Assembly: GCA_963665125.2 (NCBI GenBank)
Contig: CAXXUK010000001.1
Location: 1,472,001-1,536,000, forward strand
Direction: 5' to 3'
DNA length: 64,000 bases
From: an uncultured Desulfarculus sp.
Lineage (GTDB): Bacteria; Desulfobacterota; Desulfarculia; Desulfarculales; Desulfarculaceae
The translations under genes and the position numbers were made by a program. Positions 19,974 through 30,168 of this stretch are shown in pieces (the first letter of the stretch is position 1; each line of letters opens with the position of its first letter). The notes beneath the pieces are model-generated. The model had not been told where the DNA came from. It did not search any database and saw only the letters and a list, made by a program, of their open reading frames with translations.

Positions 19974-21635
19974 CTAGTCCTTATCGCATTTTTCTGCGAT
20001 AAGACGAAAACCAATTTGAGCTCCACCACCTATTCTATCTTGGGTTGCCGCCATCCGCGAAGAAGACATACATCCCATGGCTAATGAACACCAAGAACCA
20101 CCACGTGCGGCTGGTGCACCTATATTCTTAGTTATATTATTAGGATCAACAATTGAGCAATAGACATTGAAAAAAATATCATAAAAGCCGTCGCAAACTT
20201 CAGCAATATTTCCATGCATGCCATATAGGCCAAAAGGGTTGCATGAAAACCGTTTAACGGTAACTTGGTATTGCTTGTTGGATTTGGTTGCGCCATCAAA
20301 GTGTTTACCTAAAATGTTAATTAAGGTAATGTGGGCATGGTAAGCAACCTGCTCGGGCGTAATTTTTTCTCCGGTATAGAAGCGTCCCGTTGTTCCTGCA
20401 CGACAGGCATACTCCCATTCTGCTTCCGTTGGAAGCCTATATCTATATTTTCCATTAGAAAATTTGTTCAGTTTTGAAATAAATTCAGCAATGTCTTCCA
20501 ATTTGTGAATACCATATGGAGTGTCATCTTTACGAATATACTGCTTTTCCATAACTTTGTCCCACTGACGCATGGTTACTTCAGTGGTTTGCATATAAAA
20601 CGGTTTTGATATTTCAACGAGATGTCTTGGATGCCCTTCCATAAAGTACATGTATGCATTTTTATCGTTGTCATGCTTTTCGAAGATGTCTGGATTATCT
20701 CTGAAACCCATCATGAATTTACCAGCCGGAATCTTAACAAATTCCATACCAATGCTATTGACGAAATAGTCCACCTGTTTCAGGTCGATGTCTATTTTTT
20801 TAGCATCATTTATTCCAATATTTATAATGCGTGTAACTGGTTTATACAGGCTTTTCCAGACCTGTAATTTATGCGGCCCTGAAAGCAAACCGTTAATTTT
20901 CATCGGAGTTAGACCAACTTCCTGGCCGTCTAGATATACTACTGAGTCTGGCTGGTTTGAATTTATTTCAAGTGAGCCGGTAGAAGCGTCAAGAAAAACT
21001 ACCAGCTTCCGAGATTGATGATCATCAAGCTGTACGCAGACCCTCTTGACTCCACAGTTAGGATGGTTTATTTCAAGGGTGTATTCACCTGGTGCCAGTT
21101 TTATGCCTGGAGAGTAATCATAAGGCGGACCAATGATACGAATTTTAGCATCAGAAGGAATTGTTTCAAAAAACAATTTGGCATAAGGGATAGGTTTTAA
21201 ATCAAAATGTAACGTAGACAGTGTGTTCGGATTAATATCTACCATTCGCGCCTGTTCGTAATAATCAGTTTTTCGTATGGTCACTCTTTGCTTACCACAC
21301 AAAATCTGTTCTTTTATAAAGGGGGTGTTCCCTTGGGGCAAATAGGAACTTATCCAGGCCTTAGCATCTGGAGGGTTGCTGGTAATTTTCAAGTTTCCGT
21401 AACATATTTCTTTTCCGGCATCTTTACGCGCTTGTATTTGATCGTTTTGGATTTTGCGATAGATGTACTCCATTTTTTCTAATGAGTTAAGGTGTGGTTG
21501 ATAATACCAGGGAATAATCTTAACTTCAGTAACTTGCTCGGCAAGGCTTTTACTGGCTGAAGGGCCAACCAGTAATATTATTAAAAAACAGACAAGCGCC
21601 AGGAAATGTATTTTATTGAAAAAACGTGCAGACAT
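19974..21635 (-). CDS. Exported PEGA-repeat + FGE-sulfatase (SUMF1/C-lectin fold) protein
   Basis: Signal peptide, PEGA repeats (LKITSNPPDAK, LEINSNQPDSVVYLDG..GLTP), NSIGMEFVKIPAGKFMMG, RLPTEAEWEYACRAG, RGGSW, GFRL. Confidence 0.9.
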   Translation of the reverse strand: MSARFFNKIHFLALVCFLIILLVGPSASKSLAEQVTEVKIIPWYYQPHLNSLEKMEYIYRKIQNDQIQARKDAGKEICYGNLKITSNPPDAKAWISSYLPQGNTPFIKEQILCGKQRVTIRKTDYYEQARMVDINPNTLSTLHFDLKPIPYAKLFFETIPSDAKIRIIGPPYDYSPGIKLAPGEYTLEINHPNCGVKRVCVQLDDHQSRKLVVFLDASTGSLEINSNQPDSVVYLDGQEVGLTPMKINGLLSGPHKLQVWKSLYKPVTRIINIGINDAKKIDIDLKQVDYFVNSIGMEFVKIPAGKFMMGFRDNPDIFEKHDNDKNAYMYFMEGHPRHLVEISKPFYMQTTEVTMRQWDKVMEKQYIRKDDTPYGIHKLEDIAEFISKLNKFSNGKYRYRLPTEAEWEYACRAGTTGRFYTGEKITPEQVAYHAHITLINILGKHFDGATKSNKQYQVTVKRFSCNPFGLYGMHGNIAEVCDGFYDIFFNVYCSIVDPNNITKNIGAPAARGGSWCSLAMGCMSSSRMAATQDRIGGGAQIGFRLIAEKCDKD

Positions 21636-21735
21636 GATCCCCCCAAAGGTGAAGAGTCGCAGGATTATCGATATTTATCGGATTTAAAGGTGGTTGTTGT
21701 CAAGAGATACCGGCAATGGAGGCAACGGCCCGATC

Positions 21736-22059
21736 CTATTGATTAATAATCTCGCAAAACATCTTCACGGCCCGTAACTGGTCGGTATTCATTTCAGCCA
21801 TCGACCTTTTGACGCTGTCGCGCAACTCCCGATCGGTCAGCCTGAAATCGCCATAATCAATCAAATCAGGCAAGGGAGTTTCCAATGCCTTGGCCAGGCC
21901 TAGCAGGGTCTTGAACGTAGGATTGGCTATTCCCCGCTCGATATGCCCCATGTGTTTCAGCGAAATATTAACCACCTCCGCAACCTGCTCCTGGGTCAGC
22001 TTCCGGGATTCCCTAATGCGTCGAATTTTTTGGCCAAATGCTATTTGGGCTGGTTTCAT
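21736..22059 (-). CDS. XRE-family HTH transcriptional regulator
   Basis: IRRIRESRKLTQEQVAE...IERGIANPT; RBS GAGGAGG before MKPAQ. Confidence 0.9.
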   Translation of the reverse strand: MKPAQIAFGQKIRRIRESRKLTQEQVAEVVNISLKHMGHIERGIANPTFKTLLGLAKALETPLPDLIDYGDFRLTDRELRDSVKRSMAEMNTDQLRAVKMFCEIINQ

Positions 22060-22297
22060 ATAAGCCTCCTCGAAAGAGGATAAGGTTATACCGGCGTAAT
22101 GCAAATGACTAAGAGGTTTTAAATGGCTTGCTGGAAATACCTTATATGCATATACTGGATCAAGATGAGGACATCAGGTGATATCAGGGCCGCTTGTATT
22201 GGATAGCGGTGTCCGTACTGAAGCTGTTGCACGGTGAATCTGGACTGATCATGCACCAGTATCAACATTACTTAGGGTCCAGGTAGCGGGGGGGATC

Positions 22298-23451
22298 ATG
22301 CCTGGGCAATTAACATCCATCACTAACCCGCCATACCTGCGGATTCTCCACCTAACCAACAATACCATCAGCGAAAACAAGGCATACGCCATAATTCAAT
22401 TGATAAAGAGGCAAGTTGCAAATGGAGTTAAACCCGTTTTGATAGCCATGGGGCAAAATGCTCCTCTGGTAGCTTTTCTTGATCAAGATGATATCCAATT
22501 CATTTCGTTGAACAAATCAAGCCCAAGGACCTTCTGGCGGCACTGGGCCGCTATTGAGAGGGTTATACGCCTATATAACATCAATGTAATACACGCACAT
22601 GACATAACATCCGGGATTTATTCGGCAATGGCGAGAATTCGCAATAGGGTGCCGGTGGTGCTGAATCGCCGTGATTTGAGCCGTCAGATTATTTTGGGAC
22701 CCGCATTTTGCGAAAGGCTGTTTCACAAATAAGCGCCTTCTCGGTTTGCGTATCAACGGAGATCCTGAATCAGGCCCTGAACGAGGATATGACCCCAAAA
22801 AGAAAAGCCCGCCTTATCAGGGATGGCATCGACGTTGAAGAAATAAAAAATAATAACCAGGGGCGCGAGATAGCCAGAGCGGCTCTGGGGCTGAAGCCTG
22901 AAGATGTCGTGCTTATGGCTATCGGTGGATTTTATTCGCCGGATGGAAGCCTTGAATATTTGATCAGGGCGGTTAGTCAGCTCACGGCGGAGCACCGGAA
23001 TCTCAGGCTGGTGCTGGTTGGCGATGGCCCATATCGCGGGTACATGGAAAAGCTGGTGAAGGCTCTGGTTTTGCAAAAGTATGTAATCTTTGCCGGAAAT
23101 TTGACCTCTCCTGGAAATCTTATCAATGCCGCTGACTGCTATGTGCCCGTATCCGATAACGGGCGCTGCCTGAATAATACTCTCAACGCCATGGCTTGTT
23201 CCCTGCCGGTTGTCGGCTGCACCGGAAACGGTGAATTGATGGGTGTCATCAGCAATGGCAAGACCGGTTTGATGGTTGATATTGGCGATGTGGATGATTT
23301 AGCTATGTGCCTGAATGATGTATTAAGCAAACCCCAGTTGGCCACTGCATTGGGTAATGCCGCACGAAAAGAAATTGAACGACGTTTTTCCTGGGATCAG
23401 GTTTGTATCCAATATTTAGAAGTATATAAAGACGTCACACGGAGAAATTGA
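22298..23451 (+). pseudogene. GT4-family glycosyltransferase split by a frameshift near 22700
   Basis: N-half RILHL...VIHAH in one frame; C-half LVGDGPYR, AMACSLPVV, GKTGLMV, FSW in the next. Confidence 0.8.
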
Positions 23452-24260
23452 GATTGGCAAAAAAGGTATGTGTAAATTGCTGGGAAAGAATTGGTCTGTT
23501 TAGTCGATTGACCTCCACGGAGTGTGTCAGATGTGGGGCATTATTACATCGAACTTGTGGGAAAATTACTATTGATTACGACCAATTTAAAATTGGTGTA
23601 ATAGAACCGGTAAAGTTTCTTTGCAATGAATGTTTTAAGGAAAACTTGCGGAAGTTTGGTGAGGAACGATACTGCGAAATATGTGCGGCAGATTTTACTG
23701 CAAATGAAAACATAATGGGTTTTCCAAGTGAGATGCCCAAAAAGTGCTCTGTGTGTGGAAGAATTGGTCACGGTGAGTGTTACAAAAAGGTGGCTAAAAG
23801 GGTAAACCCTGACATTGTATATATTTACCCATATGTGACGTCTGTGAATAAAGTTAAATATCTATGCGAGAGATGCGAGGAAGAGGCCAGGATAAAAATT
23901 GGAAGAGTAATAAATAACCTGGAAAATTGGGTTGTGGGCACAAAAGGTTAATTTGTTAGATGATACGATATTGTAAATGTAATTGGTAAGGTGGAATACA
24001 ATGAACGGGGATGCAGTGATCCCGAATGTGTAGAGTGGTTATTAACTTTATATGCAGCACAATGTGATGGAAACGCATTTATTAAGTTTTGGTGGACAAA
24101 GCATGTTGAACATAGTTCTGAAAGAGTAGTGGCCGGACATGGTCCAAAGGGAAACCCGTATTATAAAACAGAGCATAGCACGAGTGTATGGTTTACAGGC
24201 TATGCAACTGTGGTTTGTGTAGAACCAAAAGGTCGTGATAAGTCGATCTCATCTGATTGA
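23448..24260 (+). pseudogene. Cys-rich zinc-finger-like protein interrupted by two in-frame stops
   Basis: Six CxxC pairs plus HxxC; ORFs 23448-23951 and 23991-24260 are in the same frame, separated by TAA and TGA. Confidence 0.6.
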
Positions 24261-24294
24261 TGATCTTATTAAATATTATAATGGGGAGGAAGTT

Positions 24295-24966
24295 ATGGTA
24301 AACATAGCGGGGAAATTAATGATCGCAATGACGTTCTTTGCGCTTTTGGCTGGTTGTTCCGGTGAATTGTCCAGAGGTGAAGCGGAGGATATTATTTGGG
24401 AATTTAATAAAAAAGAAAAAATGGAATCAGTGACAGTAGGCTATTACGGCAAATTTGGCAGGCCAGAAATAAAATTTGATGTGAACCATATTCCATATGA
24501 AATATCAATCAAAGGTAGCCGAAAAGAACAACTTGATTTGTCAAACTATACCATGAGCGAATTGCCGGATTATTTGCAATTCTATTTAGAAAATGATTTC
24601 ATTTCTGTAGAATTACCCAAAAAAGTTCAAACAGATAGCTATAACTATGTTTTTGCTTTATACAATGTGAAGCTTACAGATAAAGCGATGCCATTTTTTG
24701 TAAAATTATACAGACCCCAAGATAGTATGCGATCTAACCAAATCAATGTTGAAATAATCGATAGGAAATTAGACAAAGTCGATGTTACAGGCATTGTTGG
24801 TGATGATAGACAAGCTATTGTTCAAGCCACGATAATTTACAAAAAAACTGATATTTCCAATTCAGAAAAAGAATACAGCGAATATAAGAAGAAACTTCAA
24901 TTTTTGAAATATGATGATGGATGGAGAATCGGAAAAGTAATTAATTCGTCCACCATTGACTGGTAA
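24295..24966 (+). CDS. Hypothetical lipoprotein
   Basis: Lipobox LLAGC; RBS GGAGGA; C-terminal KYDDGWRI. Confidence 0.75.
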   Translation: MVNIAGKLMIAMTFFALLAGCSGELSRGEAEDIIWEFNKKEKMESVTVGYYGKFGRPEIKFDVNHIPYEISIKGSRKEQLDLSNYTMSELPDYLQFYLENDFISVELPKKVQTDSYNYVFALYNVKLTDKAMPFFVKLYRPQDSMRSNQINVEIIDRKLDKVDVTGIVGDDRQAIVQATIIYKKTDISNSEKEYSEYKKKLQFLKYDDGWRIGKVINSSTIDW

Positions 24967-25027
24967 AAACAGATATCGTTCATAAACATAAAGACATAGG
25001 TAAAAAGGCATCAAGTTAATCTTGATG

Positions 25028-25166
25028 TGTCCTAGTCACTAAATGCGTTGACAGTTTGGCCTTCCGGCAGATGGTTTAGGTTACTACGCTGCGTCCTCGA
25101 TTTCTATCCCTTCATGGACATGCCTTTGATACAGTTCCAGGCCGTCGGTAAAGGTCTGGAAAGGGG
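25028..25166 (-). mobile_element. IS481-family right end and transposase C-terminus
   Basis: TGTCCTAGTC..GCGTTGACAG..GGCCTTCCGG..AGATGGTT matches the 16811 end; minus frame PFQTFTDGLELYQRHVHEGIEIEDAA**. Confidence 0.65.
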
Positions 25167-25229
25167 TGATCCAGCCCAGTTTTGACGGACACGCGTTTAA
25201 GCGAGTAAATTGCTTAACGGAGGTGTTCT

Positions 25230-25529
25230 ATGCCATCACAGAAGAGCCAGAAAAAATCCACCAGGCGGCGCTATTCGCCGGAATTCAAGATTGAGGCGCT
25301 GGGCTTGGCCGAGCAAGTGGGCGTGACTGGTGCTGCCAAGCAGCTTGGCCTGCATGAGTCCCAGGTTTATGCTTGGCGCAAGAAAGCCCGATATGAGGCA
25401 AGCCGCAGTGAGACCGAGAAGGAACTGGCGGTGGAAAACGCCCGGCTGAAGCGGCAGCTTGCCAAGCAGGCCGAGGAGATTGAAATCTTAAAAAAGGCAA
25501 GCGCGTACTTCGCGAAAAGCCTGAAGTGA
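25230..25529 (+). CDS. IS3 transposase OrfA
   Basis: RRRYSPEFKIEAL...ENARLKRQLA..EIEILKKA. Confidence 0.93.
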   Translation: MPSQKSQKKSTRRRYSPEFKIEALGLAEQVGVTGAAKQLGLHESQVYAWRKKARYEASRSETEKELAVENARLKRQLAKQAEEIEILKKASAYFAKSLK

Positions 25530-26392
25530 AGTACGCGTTCATGCAGCAAAACGCAGGCACATACAGCATCACGGCGCAATCCGAGGCCTTTGGCGTATCG
25601 CGTGGCGGGTATTATGGCTGGCGGCGCAGGTTGCAAAATCCCAGCCAAAGGCAGGTGGAGCGTGAGAGGCTCGATCACCTGGTGAAAGAAGCCTTTGAAG
25701 TTCGCAAGGGCCGTAGCGGAGCAGTTGGGCTGACTCTCGATCTTGATGAGCAGGGCTGCAAATACAACCGCAAAACAGTGGCCAAAAGCATGAATAGGCA
25801 GGGCCTTGTAGCTAAAGCGGGCAGGAAGTTCAAGGCCACCACGGATTCGGATCACGGTAGGCCGGTGGCTCCAAATCTGTTGGCCCAGGACTTTAGCGCA
25901 ACCGCTCCAAATCAGAAGTGGGTCTGCGACATCACCTACCTTTGGACCGGCGAGGGCTGGTTGTATCTGGCAGTGGTGCTCGACCTGTTTTCGCGCATGG
26001 TGGTGGGCTGGGCCATGGATAAGCGTATGAAAGAAGACCTGGTCTGTGACGCATTGCAGATGGCCTTGTGGCGGCGGCATATGCCCAAAGGTGTGATGGT
26101 CCATTCGGATCGTGGCAGCCAGTACTGCTCCCGGAAATACCAGGCCCTCTTGGCCAAACGTGAACTGGTTTGCAGCATGAGCGGTAAGGGCAACTGTTAT
26201 GACAACGCCGTGGCCGAAAGCTTCTTCCATACCCTCAAGGTGGAGTTGGTTCATGGCGAAAGCTTCGCCACTCGACAGGACTTACGCCGGGCCGTATTCG
26301 AGTATATCGAGGTTGACTACAACCGTAACAGGAGGCACAGTGCCAATGGCTACATCAGCCCGCTGGCCTTTGAAAACCAAATTGTCGCTTAA
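25526..26392 (+). CDS. IS3 transposase OrfB
   Basis: DDE motifs as in copy 2. Confidence 0.94.
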   Translation: MKYAFMQQNAGTYSITAQSEAFGVSRGGYYGWRRRLQNPSQRQVERERLDHLVKEAFEVRKGRSGAVGLTLDLDEQGCKYNRKTVAKSMNRQGLVAKAGRKFKATTDSDHGRPVAPNLLAQDFSATAPNQKWVCDITYLWTGEGWLYLAVVLDLFSRMVVGWAMDKRMKEDLVCDALQMALWRRHMPKGVMVHSDRGSQYCSRKYQALLAKRELVCSMSGKGNCYDNAVAESFFHTLKVELVHGESFATRQDLRRAVFEYIEVDYNRNRRHSANGYISPLAFENQIVA

Positions 26393-26422
26393 CCAACTGT
26401 CCGTTGTTGATGGGCTGGATCA

Positions 26423-26570
26423 CCCGGCTGCAGGACATGGGGGTGGACAGCCATCTAATCTCTTCGGCCCTCACCATGGTCATGGCCCAGCGCCGTTGTC
26501 GATGGGCTGGAAAAGCACATCAGCGGCGCATTTGGGCTCGCAGCCACTGGTAGGCCGGGTGCTGCGTTGA
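26423..26570 (+). pseudogene. Short remnant of a GspE/PilB secretion ATPase
   Basis: RLQDMGVDSHLISSALTMVMAQR immediately after the IS end, then DGLEK. Confidence 0.6.
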
Positions 26571-26613
26571 ATAAGGCCGGGGGAAATTATATGCAATCCC
26601 CCGGCCTTATTCA
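26568..26613. terminator. Strong hairpin, likely terminator of the metal-uptake cluster
   Basis: TGAATAAGGCCGGGGGA / TCCCCCGGCCTTATTCA perfect arms. Confidence 0.7.
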
Positions 26614-26642
26614 TTCTTTACCCGAATTTGATCTGCTGTATC

Positions 26643-27437
26643 CTAGCGGTCAATACTAAAGGTCAGGGAGGAATTAATGATTAAATCATCGGCCTTTTTA
26701 GGGTCCGGGTGATCGGCTTTGTTGCTCACCCTGACCACCCAATACCCTTCCTTCAGCGGTATGAAGTCAATACGTCCTTGGCCGTCGGTTTTCCCGGCAA
26801 AGGCCTGGCAACCCTTATCGGAGAAGCCGCCAAAAGTAGCGTTCACCGCCGCGGCCTTGACAGGTTTGCCGTCCAACAGCACCAACAGGGGCATTTTATC
26901 GCCCACCTTGACTTTGGCCGGGTTGACCAGGGGCACTATCTCCAATTGTTGACCTACGGGCTTGCTGATGAAATCGTCGTCCGTGGCGCCCTTTACGTTG
27001 GCAATGGTCTTGCCGAGCATGATGGCTTCTTCCACGTATGCGGCGTCGGGCCGCTGGATCCGGTCGCTCTGGGCCCAGCCCTCGGGGCCGTTGGACCAGA
27101 AGGTGGGCTTATAGTAGCCCAGCACCAGATAGCTGCCTTTTTTAAGGTCGATTTTCTTTTGATAGGCGTAGTTCTCGCCAACTTGGTCCAGAGTAACTTT
27201 TCCGTCCGGGGTCGCCAGCACCAAGGGATCGAAAATATGAATCCTGTCGGCCGCTATGGGCTCCAATTTGGGGAAGCTGTGCCCATAACCGATATCGGCC
27301 TTGAAAACGTCCCCTTCGGGCTGCTGGGCCACGACCCATAGCTCGTGGGCCTGGGCCGGTAGAGCGTTGGCGAGACACATGGCGGCCAGGCAAAGGATAG
27401 CCGCCCTCAAAAAACTCTTAATTGTCAGCGATGTCAT
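26643..27437 (-). CDS. DUF4198-family exported Ni/Co uptake-associated protein
   Basis: Signal peptide ending AQA-HELW, IGYGHSFP, PVGQQLEIVPLVNP, KTDGQGRI; start at MTSL. Confidence 0.85.
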   Translation of the reverse strand: MTSLTIKSFLRAAILCLAAMCLANALPAQAHELWVVAQQPEGDVFKADIGYGHSFPKLEPIAADRIHIFDPLVLATPDGKVTLDQVGENYAYQKKIDLKKGSYLVLGYYKPTFWSNGPEGWAQSDRIQRPDAAYVEEAIMLGKTIANVKGATDDDFISKPVGQQLEIVPLVNPAKVKVGDKMPLLVLLDGKPVKAAAVNATFGGFSDKGCQAFAGKTDGQGRIDFIPLKEGYWVVRVSNKADHPDPKKADDLIINSSLTFSIDR

Positions 27438-27486
27438 GTTTTTCTTCTCTCCGTCGTGTGTTGACATTATTTTGGCTTGATTCGCC

Positions 27487-29595
27487 TTAGAACTCCGTGG
27501 AAAGCCAAACATAGTAGCTTCTGTCGTCGCCGGGGTTGAATCCCGCATCGTTGTCCCAAACGAAGCTGTAGTAAGACTCATCAAAGAGGTTCTTTATCTC
27601 GAGGCCCAGCGTGACTTTTTCCCACGTGTAGGCAAGGGACCAGTTCCAGACGGTGTAGCCACCATTCCTTGGGCGGGTGTTTGCCGAATTGATCTCGTAA
27701 TCTCCCTGCATCTCTATCCAGAGGTTGGAGCAGAAGCCGCAGGGGTGGGTGAAGTCCACGCCCGCCTTGGACACCCAGTCGGGGATGTTTTCGATGTCGT
27801 TATCCTTTATGCTCTGCAGCGAAGGTCCGGGATCTGTGTACTTGGCGTTGATGATGGAATAAGACCCCCAAACGGCCACCCACTCATGGGGACGTATGCT
27901 GGCGACGAAGTCCCATCCTTTTCGGGTTGTTTCGCCGGCGTTCACGTAATCGCCGGAGCCGTCGTTTTTACTGCGGACTTCGTCACTGGCCACCATTTGC
28001 CAATAATCGATGCGCGCCGATAGCCAAGTAAAGGGAGAGACCTTGACGCCCAGCTCCCAGCCGTCGTTTTTGGAATATTCGATATCCCGGGAAATGGCCG
28101 ATCCGGCGGAGTTTTGCCCGTATAGGGTCGGGACCGAGGGGGCCTGAAAGGTGCGGCCGTAGTTGCCGTAGAGGTTATAGCCTTCCCAGGGTGTTACGAC
28201 GAAGCCGACCTTGGGCTGCCAGATATAGCCCATGTCCACCATGTCGCTGGTCAACCCGCTGATCCTGTTGGTCAACTCGCCGTCCAGCTTGTCCACCCTC
28301 ATGGCTGCGGTCAGGCGCAGCCAGGTGTTGACGTCGCCGTCCGCCTGAACGTAGGTGCCCACTGAATGCCAGGTGGAGTCCCAATCGCGGGTGGGGCTGC
28401 CCTGGTGCACCCGGTTGTCGGTGACCCAGCGCTGCTCCAGGTTGTCCTGGTGTTGATAGTCCAGGCCCCAGTTGAGCATCAGCCGGGGAATCACCACGTC
28501 TTTGATCTCGTAGCTAAGGACGGATATCGCGCCCATTTGTTTGTCGTCGCTATAGCGCTCCTGCTGGGAGCCGGCCATGCTCCAGCGGCACCAACGGGTG
28601 CGTTCTATGGTCTGATAATAGGTCTTAAAGGACCAAACCAGATTGTCGGTAAAGGCGTAGTCCAGGTGGGCGCTGACATGCCCGTCGTCCTGCTTGCCAC
28701 CATCGGAAAGGGCAAAAGGAGCCGCTTGGGTGGGATTGTCGTCGGCTTGCTCTTTGGTCAGATAGCCGGGCGCGTCTGCATCCATACTAAAGTAACGGGC
28801 TATAATGCCCACCGAGAGGTCCTGGTCGTCTGTGGTATAAAACCATTTTCCCGAGGCGGAGCCTTTTTGCAGGTCTGAATGATCACGGTAGCCGTCGGTC
28901 TGGCGGTAGCCCACAAAGTAGGTTTGGCTGAAGTTGCCATCATCCTTGCCCGCGGCAAGGCCGGCGTCGTAGGTCTGGTAGCTGCCCGCCAGCAGGCGCG
29001 TATCCACGAAATTGCCCCCCCGCTTGGTATGCAGGTTGATGTCGCCGGCAATATTCTGTACGCCGTATCTGGGGTCGCTGGTTCCCTTGACCGTCTCGAT
29101 ATAGTCGATTTCCAAGGGAAAGTAAGGCTGCATATCCATACGGCCATAGCCGAAATTGTGGGGGATGCCATCGACGATCAGGGTGAGGGGGGCGTCATGA
29201 TTGGCGTCGTAGCCGCGCATGGAAATGGTGCCCGAGACCACTCCCTGGTTCCAGTCGCCGTAATACACGCCTGGGACCTTTTTTAAAAGCTCCATGCTGA
29301 AGTCGACGTTTTCCATCGCGATCTGGTCTGAGCCGATTACGTCCACCGAAGCGGGCTGGTCGGCGGATTCCAAATAGTCCGCACGTTCGGTAACGTTAAT
29401 CTCGCCGATCTTCATATAGACCTTTTTTCGCTCGGCCTCGGTTTCGGTTCCCGGTTGCACGCTGGAGCTCTCAGTATTGACGACCTTTGACCCTGGATCC
29501 GCCGCATCGGCCGTCCATGCCGGCATGGGCGCAGAGAGCAATCCAAACAGCGCCAGGCCCGGCAGAAAATGTTTTGTTAATGATTTAAAGTTCAT
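27487..29595 (-). CDS. TonB-dependent outer-membrane receptor
   Basis: Plug (ELLKKVPGV, ISMRG, LIVDGIP, IETVKG), NLFD and C-terminal Phe; start at MNFKS. Confidence 0.95.
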   Translation of the reverse strand: MNFKSLTKHFLPGLALFGLLSAPMPAWTADAADPGSKVVNTESSSVQPGTETEAERKKVYMKIGEINVTERADYLESADQPASVDVIGSDQIAMENVDFSMELLKKVPGVYYGDWNQGVVSGTISMRGYDANHDAPLTLIVDGIPHNFGYGRMDMQPYFPLEIDYIETVKGTSDPRYGVQNIAGDINLHTKRGGNFVDTRLLAGSYQTYDAGLAAGKDDGNFSQTYFVGYRQTDGYRDHSDLQKGSASGKWFYTTDDQDLSVGIIARYFSMDADAPGYLTKEQADDNPTQAAPFALSDGGKQDDGHVSAHLDYAFTDNLVWSFKTYYQTIERTRWCRWSMAGSQQERYSDDKQMGAISVLSYEIKDVVIPRLMLNWGLDYQHQDNLEQRWVTDNRVHQGSPTRDWDSTWHSVGTYVQADGDVNTWLRLTAAMRVDKLDGELTNRISGLTSDMVDMGYIWQPKVGFVVTPWEGYNLYGNYGRTFQAPSVPTLYGQNSAGSAISRDIEYSKNDGWELGVKVSPFTWLSARIDYWQMVASDEVRSKNDGSGDYVNAGETTRKGWDFVASIRPHEWVAVWGSYSIINAKYTDPGPSLQSIKDNDIENIPDWVSKAGVDFTHPCGFCSNLWIEMQGDYEINSANTRPRNGGYTVWNWSLAYTWEKVTLGLEIKNLFDESYYSFVWDNDAGFNPGDDRSYYVWLSTEF

Positions 29596-29649
29596 AACCG
29601 TGCTGTCTTCCTTCCCATAGAATGGTTTTTCCTCTTCACCAATAGGCAC

Positions 29650-30168
29650 TTATTGTGTTTTGCGCTTGAGCCGCCGGGCTTGGAGCCAGAAGATCAGCCC
29701 GCTCAGCCAAAATATGGCCGAGATGCCCCAGACCGCTCGGCTCCAACGGGAAACAGAGGATGAGTCGGCGTTTGGTGACGATTCCTGGTCTTCCGGGGTG
29801 CCCGTGGACAAAGAGCCTGGGGTTGCCGACCAAGTCAGCTCAACCTGTCCCCGGTGCCCCAAGCCGTCCTTAAAGACGGCGGTGTAGGTTCCCGAACCGG
29901 CCGGGAACCATGCGAAACGGCCTTGGCGGTCGGCATGGCCAACCTGATGGACTGATTTGCTCGGCCCTGTGACCTTCACCTCGGCGAAGGACATTGGCTC
30001 GCCGTCGTCATAATTGCACTGGGCCCAGGCCGTGTCTCCTCCCTTACCGGACTGGGCTACTACGCCGTGGGCCAGGGCCGGCTGGGGTAGGGCCAATAGG
30101 ACCATGATGGCCAGGGCCGCCCCCCAACGTCCCTGGCGCGGCAACAAATGAATAAAGGTTTTTTTCAC
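29650..30168 (-). CDS. NikL/CbiL-like exported protein with C-terminal TM
   Basis: ALA-HGV, YDDGEPMSFAEVKV, GHADRQGRFAWFP, DGLGH. Confidence 0.7.
   Translation of the reverse strand: MKKTFIHLLPRQGRWGAALAIMVLLALPQPALAHGVVAQSGKGGDTAWAQCNYDDGEPMSFAEVKVTGPSKSVHQVGHADRQGRFAWFPAGSGTYTAVFKDGLGHRGQVELTWSATPGSLSTGTPEDQESSPNADSSSVSRWSRAVWGISAIFWLSGLIFWLQARRLKRKTQ

Larger units (their letters stand above)
25167..26422 (+). mobile_element. IS3-family element (copy 3, intact orfA/orfB)
   Basis: TGATCCAGCCCA... / ...TGGGCTGGATCA ends; no TSD. Confidence 0.96.

Noticed and set aside
19974..20150. FGE/C-lectin C-terminus as a diversity-generating retroelement target
   Set aside because: No reverse transcriptase or template-repeat copy seen in the window; a remote DGR cannot be excluded.
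23949..23963. Selenocysteine or readthrough at the in-frame TGA
   Set aside because: A TAA precedes it in the same frame, and no SECIS-like hairpin was evident.
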